From a virus (lineage: Duplodnaviria; Caudoviricetes), in the IMG/VR virus record IMGVR_UViG_3300044646_000655, positions 1 through 56,698 of that record: DNA of 56,698 bases; one strand, 5' to 3'. Both the position numbers and the translations under genes were made by a program. Under the pieces are notes generated by a model. That model saw nothing but the letters and a program-made list of their open reading frames with translations, was not told the DNA's origin and searched no databases. Shown here in pieces: positions 1-11,013 of this stretch; the first letter of the stretch is position 1; each line of letters starts with the position of its first letter.

Positions 1-1
1 A

Positions 2-3000
2 TACGAACAACTAAGTTCTAATCCAGAATTTTCCGCAATGTTTGGAAGTAAGACTGAATTTGAAAACTTCATGACTGAAAATCCAGACGCTAATGATATA
101 TTGAAAGAAGCATTCGATGTCAATCCGATAGAGATGGACTTAAAAAAAAAAGAAGAAACAGAAAGTTTTACTTCTCCATCTCCTTCGGTTGGTCAAACGA
201 TTGAAAATGTCGATGTTGCACCTCAGCCAGTTGCCCAAACGCCCCAATTGGGAGTTCAAGATAACAATATCAATAGGCAGCCGGACCCATACTTAAATAA
301 TTTAAGAAATAGTCTACAGACTCAGATAGAAAAAATTTCTAAAAACCAAAGCCCATTCGGTGCTTTTATGGAGATTCAGAAACTTTCTAAAAGTGCTGAG
401 TACCAAAAGTATAAAAATGCTGGTAAATTAGATGACCTTTTGGGTTCTTTGAATACATCATTCAACGATGTATTCTTACAGAATCCTTCGTATTCAAGTA
501 GTTTTAATACTCCTAACGCCAAAAAGGATTTGGAGAATATTGGTATCACATCAAAGGTATCGGTTGGTAAAGGTCCTGTAAAGACTCCTTTGCAAATGGC
601 CTCAGAACAAACTCAAGCAGATTTAGATTACAAAAGAAAACAAGAAATCGAAGCTAGATTATATAGTGGTGGAGACATTGCTCAAAGAGGTAAACCTGGT
701 TACAGAGTAGAGCAAGAAGCAAAACAAAAAGAAAATGCTGAGAATATTCAAGCACAGATAAAAGCACCCAAAGAGACGTTGTCTCAAGCGTATGCTACTG
801 ACTTTATGGGAAGAAGAGTTGAGAAGTCAGAGAGTAGAATGGAAGAGGCTGATGAGCAAATTCAACCATTGGTAAATGACTTGCGTGACTATGTTTACTT
901 GAATCAACAAAGAGCAACATCTCAAGGTGATCAAGAGTCTGATGAATTCGCTAGGCAAAATTTGGCAAACAAAATTTACGATAAAGTAAAAGATAATATC
1001 GTTCCAGAAATCCTATCTGATTTTAAAGATAACTACGATGATTTAAACAAAGAAGGTGTTTTCTTTAGAAGAGATATCGATGGGTTTGTTGATGTTGATA
1101 ATGGTTATATTGCCGATAAAATAGATAAGTACTTCTTGGGTAAAGAACCAGGAGAAAAAGGATATATTCCAAATACTCCAGAGGGTAATGAGTACAGATA
1201 TCAATTAAGAGGTATTATCGAGGGTCGATTGAGGGCTGAGTATCGGGCTCAGATAGACAAAAGAGTAATAGAAAAAGAGTTAGGTAAATTTAGTGCTTCT
1301 ACAGATGAAAAAGAAGTAGAGAACTCTATACTATTAATTAAAAATGATATTGAATCATCTTTAGAAAATAAACAGATGGAGTTCCAAAAGAACTTAGAGT
1401 CTGAAATAAAAGAAAGAACGAAGTATTTTGCAGAGCAAAAAAGTTTAATTGTTCCAGAAAACTTTGACACACCTGAGCAATATAATTTGGCAGCTCAGAA
1501 CTATAACGATGAACTTGCTGCTTACAATACTGAGGTAACTAATAAAATTGCACAATTTGGCGAAGAGTTTTCCAAGTTTCAAAAACTTAAAAAAGATGAG
1601 TATTCTCAGCGTTTAGATGAATTAGGAACTATTTTTCAAAATAGAACTTCTGAGGAATTTAAAGAATACAATAAAAAAGCATTAGAGGTTCTAAATAAGT
1701 ACAAGCAAAGTCAAGTAGATAAGAATGCATTTGATTTTACTGATGGCAGTAAAATTATGATGCTTGGAGACTTTGTTCAGTCTTCTCTAGCTAACTTTAT
1801 GAGATCATCTCTTGAGATGTCTGGTGTCAAAGATTTAGATATCGGATTCGTCAATAGAACAATTAATGATATGGCCACTTTTGCTAGTGGTAATGCTTAT
1901 GCTGGTAATAGTTTATCAAATGCTCGTTCTTTCTCAGAAGGCTTTGGTGCTTTTGCCCAACAGATGATTGACCAATTACCGACAATTGGTGGTGGTGCAC
2001 TCGCTACTTATTTAACTGGTAATCCTTACTTGGCTAGTACGTTTCTTATGTACACAGATATGGCAAGGGAAAGCGTGTCTGTTAGAGACGAGATTTTAAA
2101 TGGTGGAGGTAGTGTTGCTGATGCTGATCGTGCATCTAAAAGAATAGCACAAGCACATTTAGGTATGATGCCATTCTACTTTGCACAAGGTTCACTCTTG
2201 TTTGGTAATAAGGTTGGTTCTACTGCCTTTTGGAAGAATTACTTAAAAGCAACTCCTCTTGAGTATGGAGTAGAATTAACCCAAGAGATTATACAGCAAT
2301 ATACTAGTGACAAAGAGACAGGTAAATTAACTATACAATCGGTAAATCCAACAACAGGTGAAGTAGAGACAAGGGATAAGACTATGTTGGAGTATTTGGC
2401 TACAACAGGAAAAGATTTAGCAATAGATGTTTTACCTACTGTGGCAACCTTCGGTGGCGTTCAAGCAAGAGGTGAAACTACAAGGGCACTAAAGGTAGAA
2501 AGTGATTATGCAGACGTAAGTAAATTCCTAGGAGACTCTCATCAATTGGATTACTTCAATGATTTGTATTCAGTTATGGGTGAAAATGCTGCGTATGCAC
2601 TTCCTGATATGTTACGTTTTAGAGGTGAAATAACTCAGCAGCAATACGATGACTTAAAGAATAAACTTCCGAACTATATTCAGAAAATCCAAGAGGTACA
2701 AGATGCTGGTATTTTGAATTTAGATGATTCTAGATATTATTTGAATCGTCTACAAGAGAAAGAAATGTTAGAGCAGAAATTAAAAACTGCTCGGACTCAG
2801 ACATCTAAAAACGCAACACAAATCAAACTAGATGAGGTAAATCAAAATATAGATGATGTTATAAAGGGTAAGGAGTTATCTTATACTAAGATTTCATTTG
2901 CCAATGGAATGTCTGTAGTTTTAGACAATAAGCAAGTAGATGGTTATCTCAATAACTTAGAAAACCCTATTGCTAGAGTATTGACTAATGAATTTAGAGA

Positions 3001-6000
3001 TGGTAATGGTAAAGCAAAACCAATTGCTACTTTGCAGACCGATGATGCGAAGTTGAATAAGAAATTAAATAAGTTGTTTGATCTCAAGAAAGAAAGAGAA
3101 GGAGAGCAAACTGTTGAAGGTGTGGACTTAAAAGTAGAAAATAAGATTGACTTTAACAACGATGATAATATTCAAGATATTGCTAAAGAAAACAATTTAG
3201 ATGAGGCTGTTGTTCAGTCTCGATTTAACCAGGCAAAGAATGCTCAAGCTGTTCTAAATGAGAAAATGAGTGGTGTTGAGATAGTTTTGTTAGCAGATAA
3301 AGACTTTAAGGCATTGATGCCTAAGGTTGGAGGAAATGTTAATTCTAATGGAAACTTTGCATACACTTATGATAAAAAGACTAAGAGGTATAAAGCACAG
3401 ATACAAATTAATTTAGATAAATCAAACTCTAGAACTATAAATCACGAGTTAACACACGCCTTGCTTTTACAGAAGTTTGGTGAAGATGTATTGGCATTCC
3501 AAGATTTTCGCCAAGGGTTAACTAAGGTGATGAAGAATAGCGACATAAAAAACTTAGAGGAGTTTACTAGTCAGTATAATGAGTTAGATAAGTTTGAAGA
3601 GTTTATGGCTGAGGCTGCTGGTTTGTTGTCTCAAGAGTACGAGGGTTCGGTCTCAGATCTTAAGAAGAGCAAATTACAAAATATAGCATCTTACATCTCA
3701 AAGTATGTATCTAACTTAACCGGAGGTACTGTTAATCTATTTAGAGATTTAAATAATACCGATGCTGCAATAGAGTTCTTTAATACTTTGTCTCAGAAGA
3801 CAAATGCTACTCAAGAGACTCCTGTAGTAACGCCTGAGACCCAAGAAACCACAGTTACTCCAATGGAGAGTAAGTCTCAGCAAACACCCGAAGTCACTAC
3901 TCAACAAGAACAAATAACACAATCAATATATGAAAACAAACCAAGAAGAGAAATTTCCGACTTTGGAGGAATTTCAGAAGAACAATCCCTTTTACCAACG
4001 AGCGGCAGCAAGATTGGCATTTCGGGAGAAAAGGCGGCTTATGCGGCAAGAAGAGTTAGCACAGGAGAACGAAAAACAGGAAGCGTCCAAGAAGAAATAA
4101 AGGCTTTTAGGGCAATCCAAAGAGGAGAAAAACCCGATGCTGAGTATCTAAGAGAATGGGCCAAGAACAACAACTTTTTTATTGAAAGAAAGGAGTTGGA
4201 CAAAATGATTACCAAAAATAAACTCAAAGAACTTCCAGAAGGTACAGAATCTAGAGTTTTCCTTGGGTCTCAGAAAAACTTTGTTTACAAAATATCGAAT
4301 GGTAGTAAAATGGCTGCTACTTGGAATGATGTTTTCAAGAGAATAGCAGCTCATAATTTCTTGTTTCCTGATACCTCTTATGAGATTATGGGTTTTACCG
4401 ATATAGGTGATAATCTAGGTATGGTATTGAAGCAAGAATATATTCCTCACGAAACAGGATTAAATCAAGATGAGGTTTATGATTTAATGACCGCAAATGG
4501 CTTCGATACCAACCCTAAAGAAAAATGGAGAATGGAGGGTAGGAATAAGACATTAGGAGTTGTAATTGATGATTTACATTCTGGAAACGTAGTTAGGGAC
4601 TTGGATAGAAATCAAGAACCTGCTTTTATTGATCCATATATAACATTTTTACCCGATAGTTATTTAGAAAAACTAATCGAAAAGAATATCGATGAGGAAT
4701 TTTCAAAAGATACTGAATTAGAAAGTATCGCAATAAAGACAACAACACCACAAGAAGAAATAACTCCTACAGAAACGATTGAAGAAGCAGGAGAAATGAA
4801 TGAAGGGACAAAACCTTTTATTGAACAACCTATCGAAATAGATGTTGACATCTTAAGCAAATCTCAGTTGGGCCAAGAAATTAATATACCTTCAGAACAA
4901 TTATTAGGAGGTAAACAAGTAGATGTAATTGCCGAACTAAGAAAATTTAAAGAAGACAATGGTAGAAATCCAAAAGTTTGGTTTTGGATGGCTGATCAAT
5001 TAAAAAGAGGGATGTATGAAAACCCAAAAACTGGTGTTACACATTTCTTAGAGGGTGGTTATAATTTTGCTAATGACCCTAAAAATGTTGAAAATGAAGA
5101 AATTTGGGCAACTGGTTTAGATGAGAAATTATTAAATACAAGACTTCCTGCTACAGATTTTATTTGGTTAATGGCTGGGTCTCCGAATACATCTTTTAAC
5201 TTTTCTAAAGGTACAAGTAAAGCATTAGTCAAAGAAATTGAAGCAGGTCTTAAAAACAATATAGGGAAGACAATAGAAGGTGTATCGATAAATAATGGAA
5301 CATTTGATGAGTTTGTAAAAATTGCTGAAAAAATGCTACCATCAAATGTTAAGAAATGGGATAGTTTTTTAAGTGCAATCAAAAATCCTAATATGATTGA
5401 AACTTCTGCAAGAAAAACATTCGCAGAAACATTACTTCACGAGGGTGGCGATAAAAAAATTACATTACCATTTCAGCAATTTGTACATCAAGAGTTAGGT
5501 GTCCCCACTTTAAAAGAATTTTTACCACTAGTTAGAGAACCATTTCTGATTGAAAATGATTTCAAAAATGGAGATATGGGTATTTTACTTAAACCTAATG
5601 GTAAAGTAAAATTCAATAGTGGCTCACACGATACTTATCAAAATGCTATTTTAGGGGAGGTTGTTGGTTTCCCAAATAGAAAAATAAATGTAAAAGAAGT
5701 TTTACCTAAAAAAGCATTAGAGGTTATTTCGAAAGAAACTAATCTGCCTTTGGAAAAACCAAGTGAGCCAGCAATTATCAAAACTGCTGTTGGTGATTTG
5801 GGTAAGGTTTATGCGGCAGAGGATTTGAATACTTTTTTAAGTAAATCTCAGAAAGTTCGTTCGGAAAAATCTAGTGGTACAACTCAAGTCGCTACTACTA
5901 CTGGCTCTTATATAAAAGCTGCTAATTTAATTAAGGACATCCAAGGGGACGTTTTGGACTATGGGGCAGGATTGGGTCTCGGAACAGACGCAATGTCAAA

Positions 6001-9000
6001 TACTCTAGGACGTAAGGTAGATTCATTTGAACCTAATCCTGAAAGATGGCAAGGTAAAGAAGAAGCAACATTTACTAGTTCTGAAGATATAAATAAAAAA
6101 TACGATGGTATTGTTTCTTTAAATGTATTAAATGTTGTACCTAAAGATATCAGAGACGCAATCGTTACAGACATCTATGAGAAGTTAAATGTTGGCGGTA
6201 AGGCAGTAATTAGCACAAGAGGGTGGAATGGTGATGTCAAAGCGGCTAAGAATGCTGTTCTTGGTCCAGAAGAAAAAAGTCTTATTATAACTAGAAAACA
6301 AGGCGGTAAAGATGTAGAAGTATTTCAAAAAGGTTTCGATGGTAATGAATTAGTTGATTATGTTAAAGAGTTATTGGGTGATAAAGTAAATGTCGTTAAA
6401 AATAATACTTTTGGAAAAAGTGGTGTTATTATTACTAAGCAGCAAGAGTTCACTTCTAAATCACAACTAGATGCCAATCAGATTAATGCTGAGTTCAATC
6501 AAATAACTAATCAAGGTGGTTCGGTCTCAGATGCATTAGATAATCTTATTGACATGGGCTATGGTAAGAAAGACATCCAAGAACAACTTGGTAAGAATAC
6601 AATAAGTGATGACTTTTATAACCAAAGAATAACTCAAAAAGGATTCGAAGCATTTGAGAAAATCAGAGATACTTTTGCAGATAGAAAAACCAATCTAATA
6701 ACAGAGATTGAAAATATGTCCGGGATGGACATTGCAGATATTAGAGCAGACCTAAAGCAGAACGGATACAATGACGTAGAAATATTCAATGCGATGGTTA
6801 GTGGTGACTTTGCACTTAATGAAGATTTAGAAAATGTTTTCGGTGCTGAGTTTAGAAAGACTATCGCCAATCTTTTCGAAAGAGAGGGTGAAGTTGCTAA
6901 TTTAGAGTTCTTAGAAGACTTGACTGAAGAAGGTAGAGCATTAAAATCTACTCATAAATTAGGAGATATTGCAGGAATGTTCCAAGAGTCTGGTTTGGTG
7001 TTCGCAGATGCCTCTGTGATGATTGAGTATCTGATGAGTCAAATGGCATTGCCAACAGAAGTAGCGGCCAAAGAAATGCGTAGACAACTAGGTGAATTAC
7101 TTGATAAGTTAAAACAAGCACCTGGAATGTTCGAAAAAGAGGTCGAACTGAAAGAAGACTTGTTGAGATATTCTAATCTTTTGAGTTTCGCAGGTAGAAT
7201 ATTGGCTACAGGTCGTAACCTATTCCCTAAGTCTATGGCTTCTCTAATAGAGCAAAGTTTGGCTAAAGAGGGAATTGTCTTGACTCAGAAACAAAAAGAA
7301 ACACTTGCAGGTCTTGTTGCTGATTTTAATACTGCTACGGCTACAGAAAAGCAAGCACAAACTGAACTAAACAATGGAGACTTGTCTGACCAGGCTTTTC
7401 AAGCGTATCAAGCAGCACAGAAAAACTTAGGTTTGGCAAATGTTCGCCTTATGCAGTTCTTGAATAATAGAAAGCCAACATATTGGAATGAGGTATTAAC
7501 CTCTGGTGGTAGTAGAGGTTTGTTAAATTTAAGTACTGTTGTGTTGAGTATAACTTCGAACATAGAAAACTTATTGTATAGTTCATACGACCCAAATGGT
7601 ATTGCGATCAGAAAACTCAGAGATAGTTTTAAGGATGGAATAGCAGGAAATACTCTTAGCTTTAACAATTGGCGTTTGGCTTATTCTTTATCTAGAAGAA
7701 ATTCATTGAATGAAATGAATTTAATGGCTAAGTATGGTGCATTGGGTTCGGTTTCAGATAAAAACTTCGATAGTTTTGGTACTGTAAACTTCTTCCGTGA
7801 GCCTCAAATTGTTTACAAATGGGTTATTACTCAGATGGAAAAATTGTCAGGAAAACAAGCAGCAAATATGACTGACGAAGAGTTTGTAGATGCTATGGAC
7901 TTAACCTTACAAAGAATGAACAATCAAGCAGATCCGAAAGTAAGAAGTGGTAAAACTTATAATATTGCTAAAGCAATGTTTATGAGCACTTTGGGTATTG
8001 GCTCGCAAGTTACAGAAGGTGTCGGACGTACTATGGCATATGGTGGTGATATACTTTTTGGAAAGTTGGCTGCAACAAGAGCAATGCTTGACTACTTTAG
8101 CAATATAAACAATGAGAAATTCTCTCAAGGTTTATTTGAAAACTTTTTAGACGGTAAAAAAGACTTAAGTAAAGAGTCAATGCGTTCTATGATATCTATT
8201 ATGTCTACTTATGCAGAATTAAATTCTAAATTCGAACAAGCTGGTTTGAAGAGAGTATTTATGAATGACAATGGAGTAAGTAAGATGATTGGTAAGGGTA
8301 GAATGGGACTGAAGCAGAAAGTTCGTCAACTTGGGGCTCAGATTAACAAAGGCGAGGAGAAGAAATTATCACTTGCCGCTGTTAAAAAACAAGCATACCA
8401 AGTTGGTGATGTTGCATTTTGGACTCTTATGCCATTTATAAAAGTTCCTACTAACTTCTTGGGTTCTGCAATAAGTAAAACTGTTCCTTTTGTATCGATG
8501 CCTAAATATGTATTTAAGGAGTTTTCATATAGAAGAGAACTAGCTGAATTCAATAAAAAATATCCAGAAGGTAAAAAAATATCTGATAATAAGAAAAAAG
8601 CCTATGAGACAGCAAAAGTAGATTTATTCTTGAAGAAAAGGGATTTGAATAATAGTGCTGCTGAGGTTATAACTAGTATTGAGTTGAGCGTTATATCAAT
8701 GATGGCTTATGCTTCTGGTGCTTTATTGACCGGAGGTTCTCCAGAAAAAGAAAAAGAACTCAAGAAAAACGGATTAAAGGGTAACTCAATAAATTGGAGT
8801 TTGTTCTCTGAATTTATTGCTGCCGCCTTGAGGAATGAAGACTTGAAGAATTTCGCAGTTAAGAGAGGCGGTGTAGTTAAAAAAGGTGATAAAGTAATGT
8901 CTCTTGGTAACGCTGGTTTTATGGGGTATTCTATGGGGCTTTGGGGTTCTGTTTTAGACTCTGTAAAAGAAGGTAAAAATTCTAATATAGTAGAGGTAAT

Positions 9001-10039
9001 GAATCCAGAGAGTGGTATCATAGGTGTTATGATGTATCAGATGTTTGGAAATGGTGTACAAAACCTACCGATGTTACAAGGTGTTGCTCGTGTTGGACAG
9101 TTACTCAAGGAAGATAAATCTGAAAACAAATTTGAAGAATTTACTAGTGGTACATTGAGTACTTCTTTGGCTACTTTTTTCCCTTCGTTTGGTTCATTTA
9201 AAAGCAAAGCAGAGGCAGAGAATATTCAAACCATAAGTGATATAAATACACAATCAGAAGAGTTTAATTTACCTACTTCACTTGGTAGAGTTTCATTGGG
9301 TGTAGTTCAAAAGTTAAGTCGAAATGTTCCTTTTGATGCTGGCTATAATCCATATTACAAGGCCGCAATAGGTATCATGGGAGAGGACTTAAGCAATAGA
9401 GTTACTTTTTCAGAACCTGGCAGTTGGGAGTCTTATGTAGAGGCCATGTTTAACCCATTCCAATTTAGAAGGTGGTCTCCGGGTCTCAGAGAAAATGAAG
9501 ATTCTAGATTATACGAACACTCTACATTCATACAGAGTAATTTAATCAAGTATGCTGAAATGTATAAACTAATAACAGGTAGAACCTATGATTATACATA
9601 CGAAGGTAAAACTTCAGATTTCTACACTATGATGACTATGCCTGTTAAGAATGAATTAGAGTACGATGGAACAGGTATTGTCACAAAGTATTCTGATGTC
9701 AACACACCAAATAAGTTTAAATACTCTTTGCCTAATGATTTGTATCGTGAAGAACTAAGAAAAAGAGGTGAGATTATGTTCTCGAATACTCAGAATCTAA
9801 GAAATGTATTTGAAAATTTAAACGCAAGTATAAAGTTCAATGCATTCTTAGATAATACGGAACTAGTCAAAGATGATATAGTCAAGGCTTTTGAAGCCTA
9901 CAGAGCTAATATTCAAGCGGCAAATGATGGGTGGAAGAGTGACTATACAACCAATAGAGAGAAGAAATATCTCAAGATTATGTATGACAGAGGTGTTATA
10001 GATGCTGAACCTTTAAAGAGAGTCGGAATTTTGGAATAA
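2..10039 (+). CDS. Giant (>3333 aa) virion/ejected polyvalent protein, probably 5'-truncated: zincin metallopeptidase + kinase-like domain + unknown domain + SAM methyltransferase + helical C-terminal region
   Basis: Frame is open from nt 2 (YEQLSSNPEFSAM...), so the start may lie outside the window. HELTH (3443-3457) followed by EEFMAE; kinase motifs GTESRV/VYKI/HNFLFPDTSY/DLHSGNV/FIDP (4241-4640); VLDYGAGLG..FEP..YDGIVSLNVLNVV (5950-6140). Confidence 0.8.
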   Translation, partial: YEQLSSNPEFSAMFGSKTEFENFMTENPDANDILKEAFDVNPIEMDLKKKEETESFTSPSPSVGQTIENVDVAPQPVAQTPQLGVQDNNINRQPDPYLNNLRNSLQTQIEKISKNQSPFGAFMEIQKLSKSAEYQKYKNAGKLDDLLGSLNTSFNDVFLQNPSYSSSFNTPNAKKDLENIGITSKVSVGKGPVKTPLQMASEQTQADLDYKRKQEIEARLYSGGDIAQRGKPGYRVEQEAKQKENAENIQAQIKAPKETLSQAYATDFMGRRVEKSESRMEEADEQIQPLVNDLRDYVYLNQQRATSQGDQESDEFARQNLANKIYDKVKDNIVPEILSDFKDNYDDLNKEGVFFRRDIDGFVDVDNGYIADKIDKYFLGKEPGEKGYIPNTPEGNEYRYQLRGIIEGRLRAEYRAQIDKRVIEKELGKFSASTDEKEVENSILLIKNDIESSLENKQMEFQKNLESEIKERTKYFAEQKSLIVPENFDTPEQYNLAAQNYNDELAAYNTEVTNKIAQFGEEFSKFQKLKKDEYSQRLDELGTIFQNRTSEEFKEYNKKALEVLNKYKQSQVDKNAFDFTDGSKIMMLGDFVQSSLANFMRSSLEMSGVKDLDIGFVNRTINDMATFASGNAYAGNSLSNARSFSEGFGAFAQQMIDQLPTIGGGALATYLTGNPYLASTFLMYTDMARESVSVRDEILNGGGSVADADRASKRIAQAHLGMMPFYFAQGSLLFGNKVGSTAFWKNYLKATPLEYGVELTQEIIQQYTSDKETGKLTIQSVNPTTGEVETRDKTMLEYLATTGKDLAIDVLPTVATFGGVQARGETTRALKVESDYADVSKFLGDSHQLDYFNDLYSVMGENAAYALPDMLRFRGEITQQQYDDLKNKLPNYIQKIQEVQDAGILNLDDSRYYLNRLQEKEMLEQKLKTARTQTSKNATQIKLDEVNQNIDDVIKGKELSYTKISFANGMSVVLDNKQVDGYLNNLENPIARVLTNEFRDGNGKAKPIATLQTDDAKLNKKLNKLFDLKKEREGEQTVEGVDLKVENKIDFNNDDNIQDIAKENNLDEAVVQSRFNQAKNAQAVLNEKMSGVEIVLLADKDFKALMPKVGGNVNSNGNFAYTYDKKTKRYKAQIQINLDKSNSRTINHELTHALLLQKFGEDVLAFQDFRQGLTKVMKNSDIKNLEEFTSQYNELDKFEEFMAEAAGLLSQEYEGSVSDLKKSKLQNIASYISKYVSNLTGGTVNLFRDLNNTDAAIEFFNTLSQKTNATQETPVVTPETQETTVTPMESKSQQTPEVTTQQEQITQSIYENKPRREISDFGGISEEQSLLPTSGSKIGISGEKAAYAARRVSTGERKTGSVQEEIKAFRAIQRGEKPDAEYLREWAKNNNFFIERKELDKMITKNKLKELPEGTESRVFLGSQKNFVYKISNGSKMAATWNDVFKRIAAHNFLFPDTSYEIMGFTDIGDNLGMVLKQEYIPHETGLNQDEVYDLMTANGFDTNPKEKWRMEGRNKTLGVVIDDLHSGNVVRDLDRNQEPAFIDPYITFLPDSYLEKLIEKNIDEEFSKDTELESIAIKTTTPQEEITPTETIEEAGEMNEGTKPFIEQPIEIDVDILSKSQLGQEINIPSEQLLGGKQVDVIAELRKFKEDNGRNPKVWFWMADQLKRGMYENPKTGVTHFLEGGYNFANDPKNVENEEIWATGLDEKLLNTRLPATDFIWLMAGSPNTSFNFSKGTSKALVKEIEAGLKNNIGKTIEGVSINNGTFDEFVKIAEKMLPSNVKKWDSFLSAIKNPNMIETSARKTFAETLLHEGGDKKITLPFQQFVHQELGVPTLKEFLPLVREPFLIENDFKNGDMGILLKPNGKVKFNSGSHDTYQNAILGEVVGFPNRKINVKEVLPKKALEVISKETNLPLEKPSEPAIIKTAVGDLGKVYAAEDLNTFLSKSQKVRSEKSSGTTQVATTTGSYIKAANLIKDIQGDVLDYGAGLGLGTDAMSNTLGRKVDSFEPNPERWQGKEEATFTSSEDINKKYDGIVSLNVLNVVPKDIRDAIVTDIYEKLNVGGKAVISTRGWNGDVKAAKNAVLGPEEKSLIITRKQGGKDVEVFQKGFDGNELVDYVKELLGDKVNVVKNNTFGKSGVIITKQQEFTSKSQLDANQINAEFNQITNQGGSVSDALDNLIDMGYGKKDIQEQLGKNTISDDFYNQRITQKGFEAFEKIRDTFADRKTNLITEIENMSGMDIADIRADLKQNGYNDVEIFNAMVSGDFALNEDLENVFGAEFRKTIANLFEREGEVANLEFLEDLTEEGRALKSTHKLGDIAGMFQESGLVFADASVMIEYLMSQMALPTEVAAKEMRRQLGELLDKLKQAPGMFEKEVELKEDLLRYSNLLSFAGRILATGRNLFPKSMASLIEQSLAKEGIVLTQKQKETLAGLVADFNTATATEKQAQTELNNGDLSDQAFQAYQAAQKNLGLANVRLMQFLNNRKPTYWNEVLTSGGSRGLLNLSTVVLSITSNIENLLYSSYDPNGIAIRKLRDSFKDGIAGNTLSFNNWRLAYSLSRRNSLNEMNLMAKYGALGSVSDKNFDSFGTVNFFREPQIVYKWVITQMEKLSGKQAANMTDEEFVDAMDLTLQRMNNQADPKVRSGKTYNIAKAMFMSTLGIGSQVTEGVGRTMAYGGDILFGKLAATRAMLDYFSNINNEKFSQGLFENFLDGKKDLSKESMRSMISIMSTYAELNSKFEQAGLKRVFMNDNGVSKMIGKGRMGLKQKVRQLGAQINKGEEKKLSLAAVKKQAYQVGDVAFWTLMPFIKVPTNFLGSAISKTVPFVSMPKYVFKEFSYRRELAEFNKKYPEGKKISDNKKKAYETAKVDLFLKKRDLNNSAAEVITSIELSVISMMAYASGALLTGGSPEKEKELKKNGLKGNSINWSLFSEFIAAALRNEDLKNFAVKRGGVVKKGDKVMSLGNAGFMGYSMGLWGSVLDSVKEGKNSNIVEVMNPESGIIGVMMYQMFGNGVQNLPMLQGVARVGQLLKEDKSENKFEEFTSGTLSTSLATFFPSFGSFKSKAEAENIQTISDINTQSEEFNLPTSLGRVSLGVVQKLSRNVPFDAGYNPYYKAAIGIMGEDLSNRVTFSEPGSWESYVEAMFNPFQFRRWSPGLRENEDSRLYEHSTFIQSNLIKYAEMYKLITGRTYDYTYEGKTSDFYTMMTMPVKNELEYDGTGIVTKYSDVNTPNKFKYSLPNDLYREELRKRGEIMFSNTQNLRNVFENLNASIKFNAFLDNTELVKDDIVKAFEAYRANIQAANDGWKSDYTTNREKKYLKIMYDRGVIDAEPLKRVGILE

Positions 10040-10045
10040 TTTTCG

Positions 10046-10053
10046 TAAATTTG
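10046..10053 (+). promoter_or_regulatory. Bacteroidota-type -7 promoter element TAAATTTG
   Basis: Matches TAnnTTTG; intergenic; 4 nt before ATG 10058. Confidence 0.6.
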
Positions 10054-10057
10054 AGAT

Positions 10058-10627
10058 ATGCCACTAGAATTAAAAATAGGTATTATAAATAACTCAGACA
10101 ATATCATTATAACTGATGATACTGGGGATTATAATGCCATTACTAATCCAGGAGGTTGGGGCTCACTAAATCCAGCCCATACTACACCATCTCCGGTTTC
10201 TGCTTTATCATTAGACATATATTTACCTGGAAGTACTACTTCTATAGGTGCTTCTAATCTTTTGGGAACAACCTTTTTCACTAGTACAGATCGAGCATAC
10301 AATTTGTTTACTGACCCATCAACTGTTGTTCCGACATTTATATTGCAAGATGGAGTATGGAAGTTCGTTACTACTTTTACAATTAGTAGCATACAATATG
10401 TAATTACAAAGTATGCACTTCGTACAAATGAAATTCGTTGTCAAATTGCAAAATTGGCATTGGGTGACATGGATACCAATAACTACGAAGAGGCAAAAAC
10501 TTTGTATGACAAAATGATTCAAGCATTTGAGTGTGAAGAATACATTCTTGCCCAAGATTTATATGAGGAAATCAATGATTTCTTTACTGATTGCTCTCCA
10601 TACTCAATTAATTCTTGTGGCTGCTAA
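10058..10627 (+). CDS. Putative virion structural protein
   Basis: DDTGDYNAITNPGGWG N-terminus, beta-rich, Cys-rich C-terminus; in structural module. Confidence 0.55.
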   Translation: MPLELKIGIINNSDNIIITDDTGDYNAITNPGGWGSLNPAHTTPSPVSALSLDIYLPGSTTSIGASNLLGTTFFTSTDRAYNLFTDPSTVVPTFILQDGVWKFVTTFTISSIQYVITKYALRTNEIRCQIAKLALGDMDTNNYEEAKTLYDKMIQAFECEEYILAQDLYEEINDFFTDCSPYSINSCGC

Positions 10628-11013
10628 TGACTTTTGCTACTCTATATAGTTACATTGGAACTTACTTAGCGGTTCGTAAGGCTATCGTAGAAACTGAGGC
10701 CAAAATAGAAAATGCTAAGAAGTATGACAAGCCTTGTTGTGACCTAGAAAAAAGTCAGAAGAAAGGTTTGTTTTTATTGTGGTGCTTAGAAAATATCAAT
10801 TGCTACGAGGATCAAACAGATAGATTCCTTTCTGTAGCAAACAGATGGAGTAGAAATTGTGGGGATTGCAGCGTTTCACAAGCAGAAATAGATGCATTCT
10901 TATTGACAGAAAAAGGTGATGAACTAACTTACATTTCGGGTCTCAGCGGATATCTTTTGACTCAAAATGGAACTTGGTTATTACAACAAAACGGATATCA
11001 AATTATATTATAA
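10627..11013 (+). CDS. Hypothetical structural protein
   Basis: TAATG coupling gives start 10627; Cys-rich; C-terminal LLTQNG repeats. Confidence 0.55.
   Translation: MTFATLYSYIGTYLAVRKAIVETEAKIENAKKYDKPCCDLEKSQKKGLFLLWCLENINCYEDQTDRFLSVANRWSRNCGDCSVSQAEIDAFLLTEKGDELTYISGLSGYLLTQNGTWLLQQNGYQIIL

Noticed and set aside
38-10039. crAss-type virion RNA polymerase
   Set aside because: No DFDID/DxDGD catalytic motif; DIDGFVDVD near nt 1075 does not fit; recognisable domains are protease, kinase and MTase.
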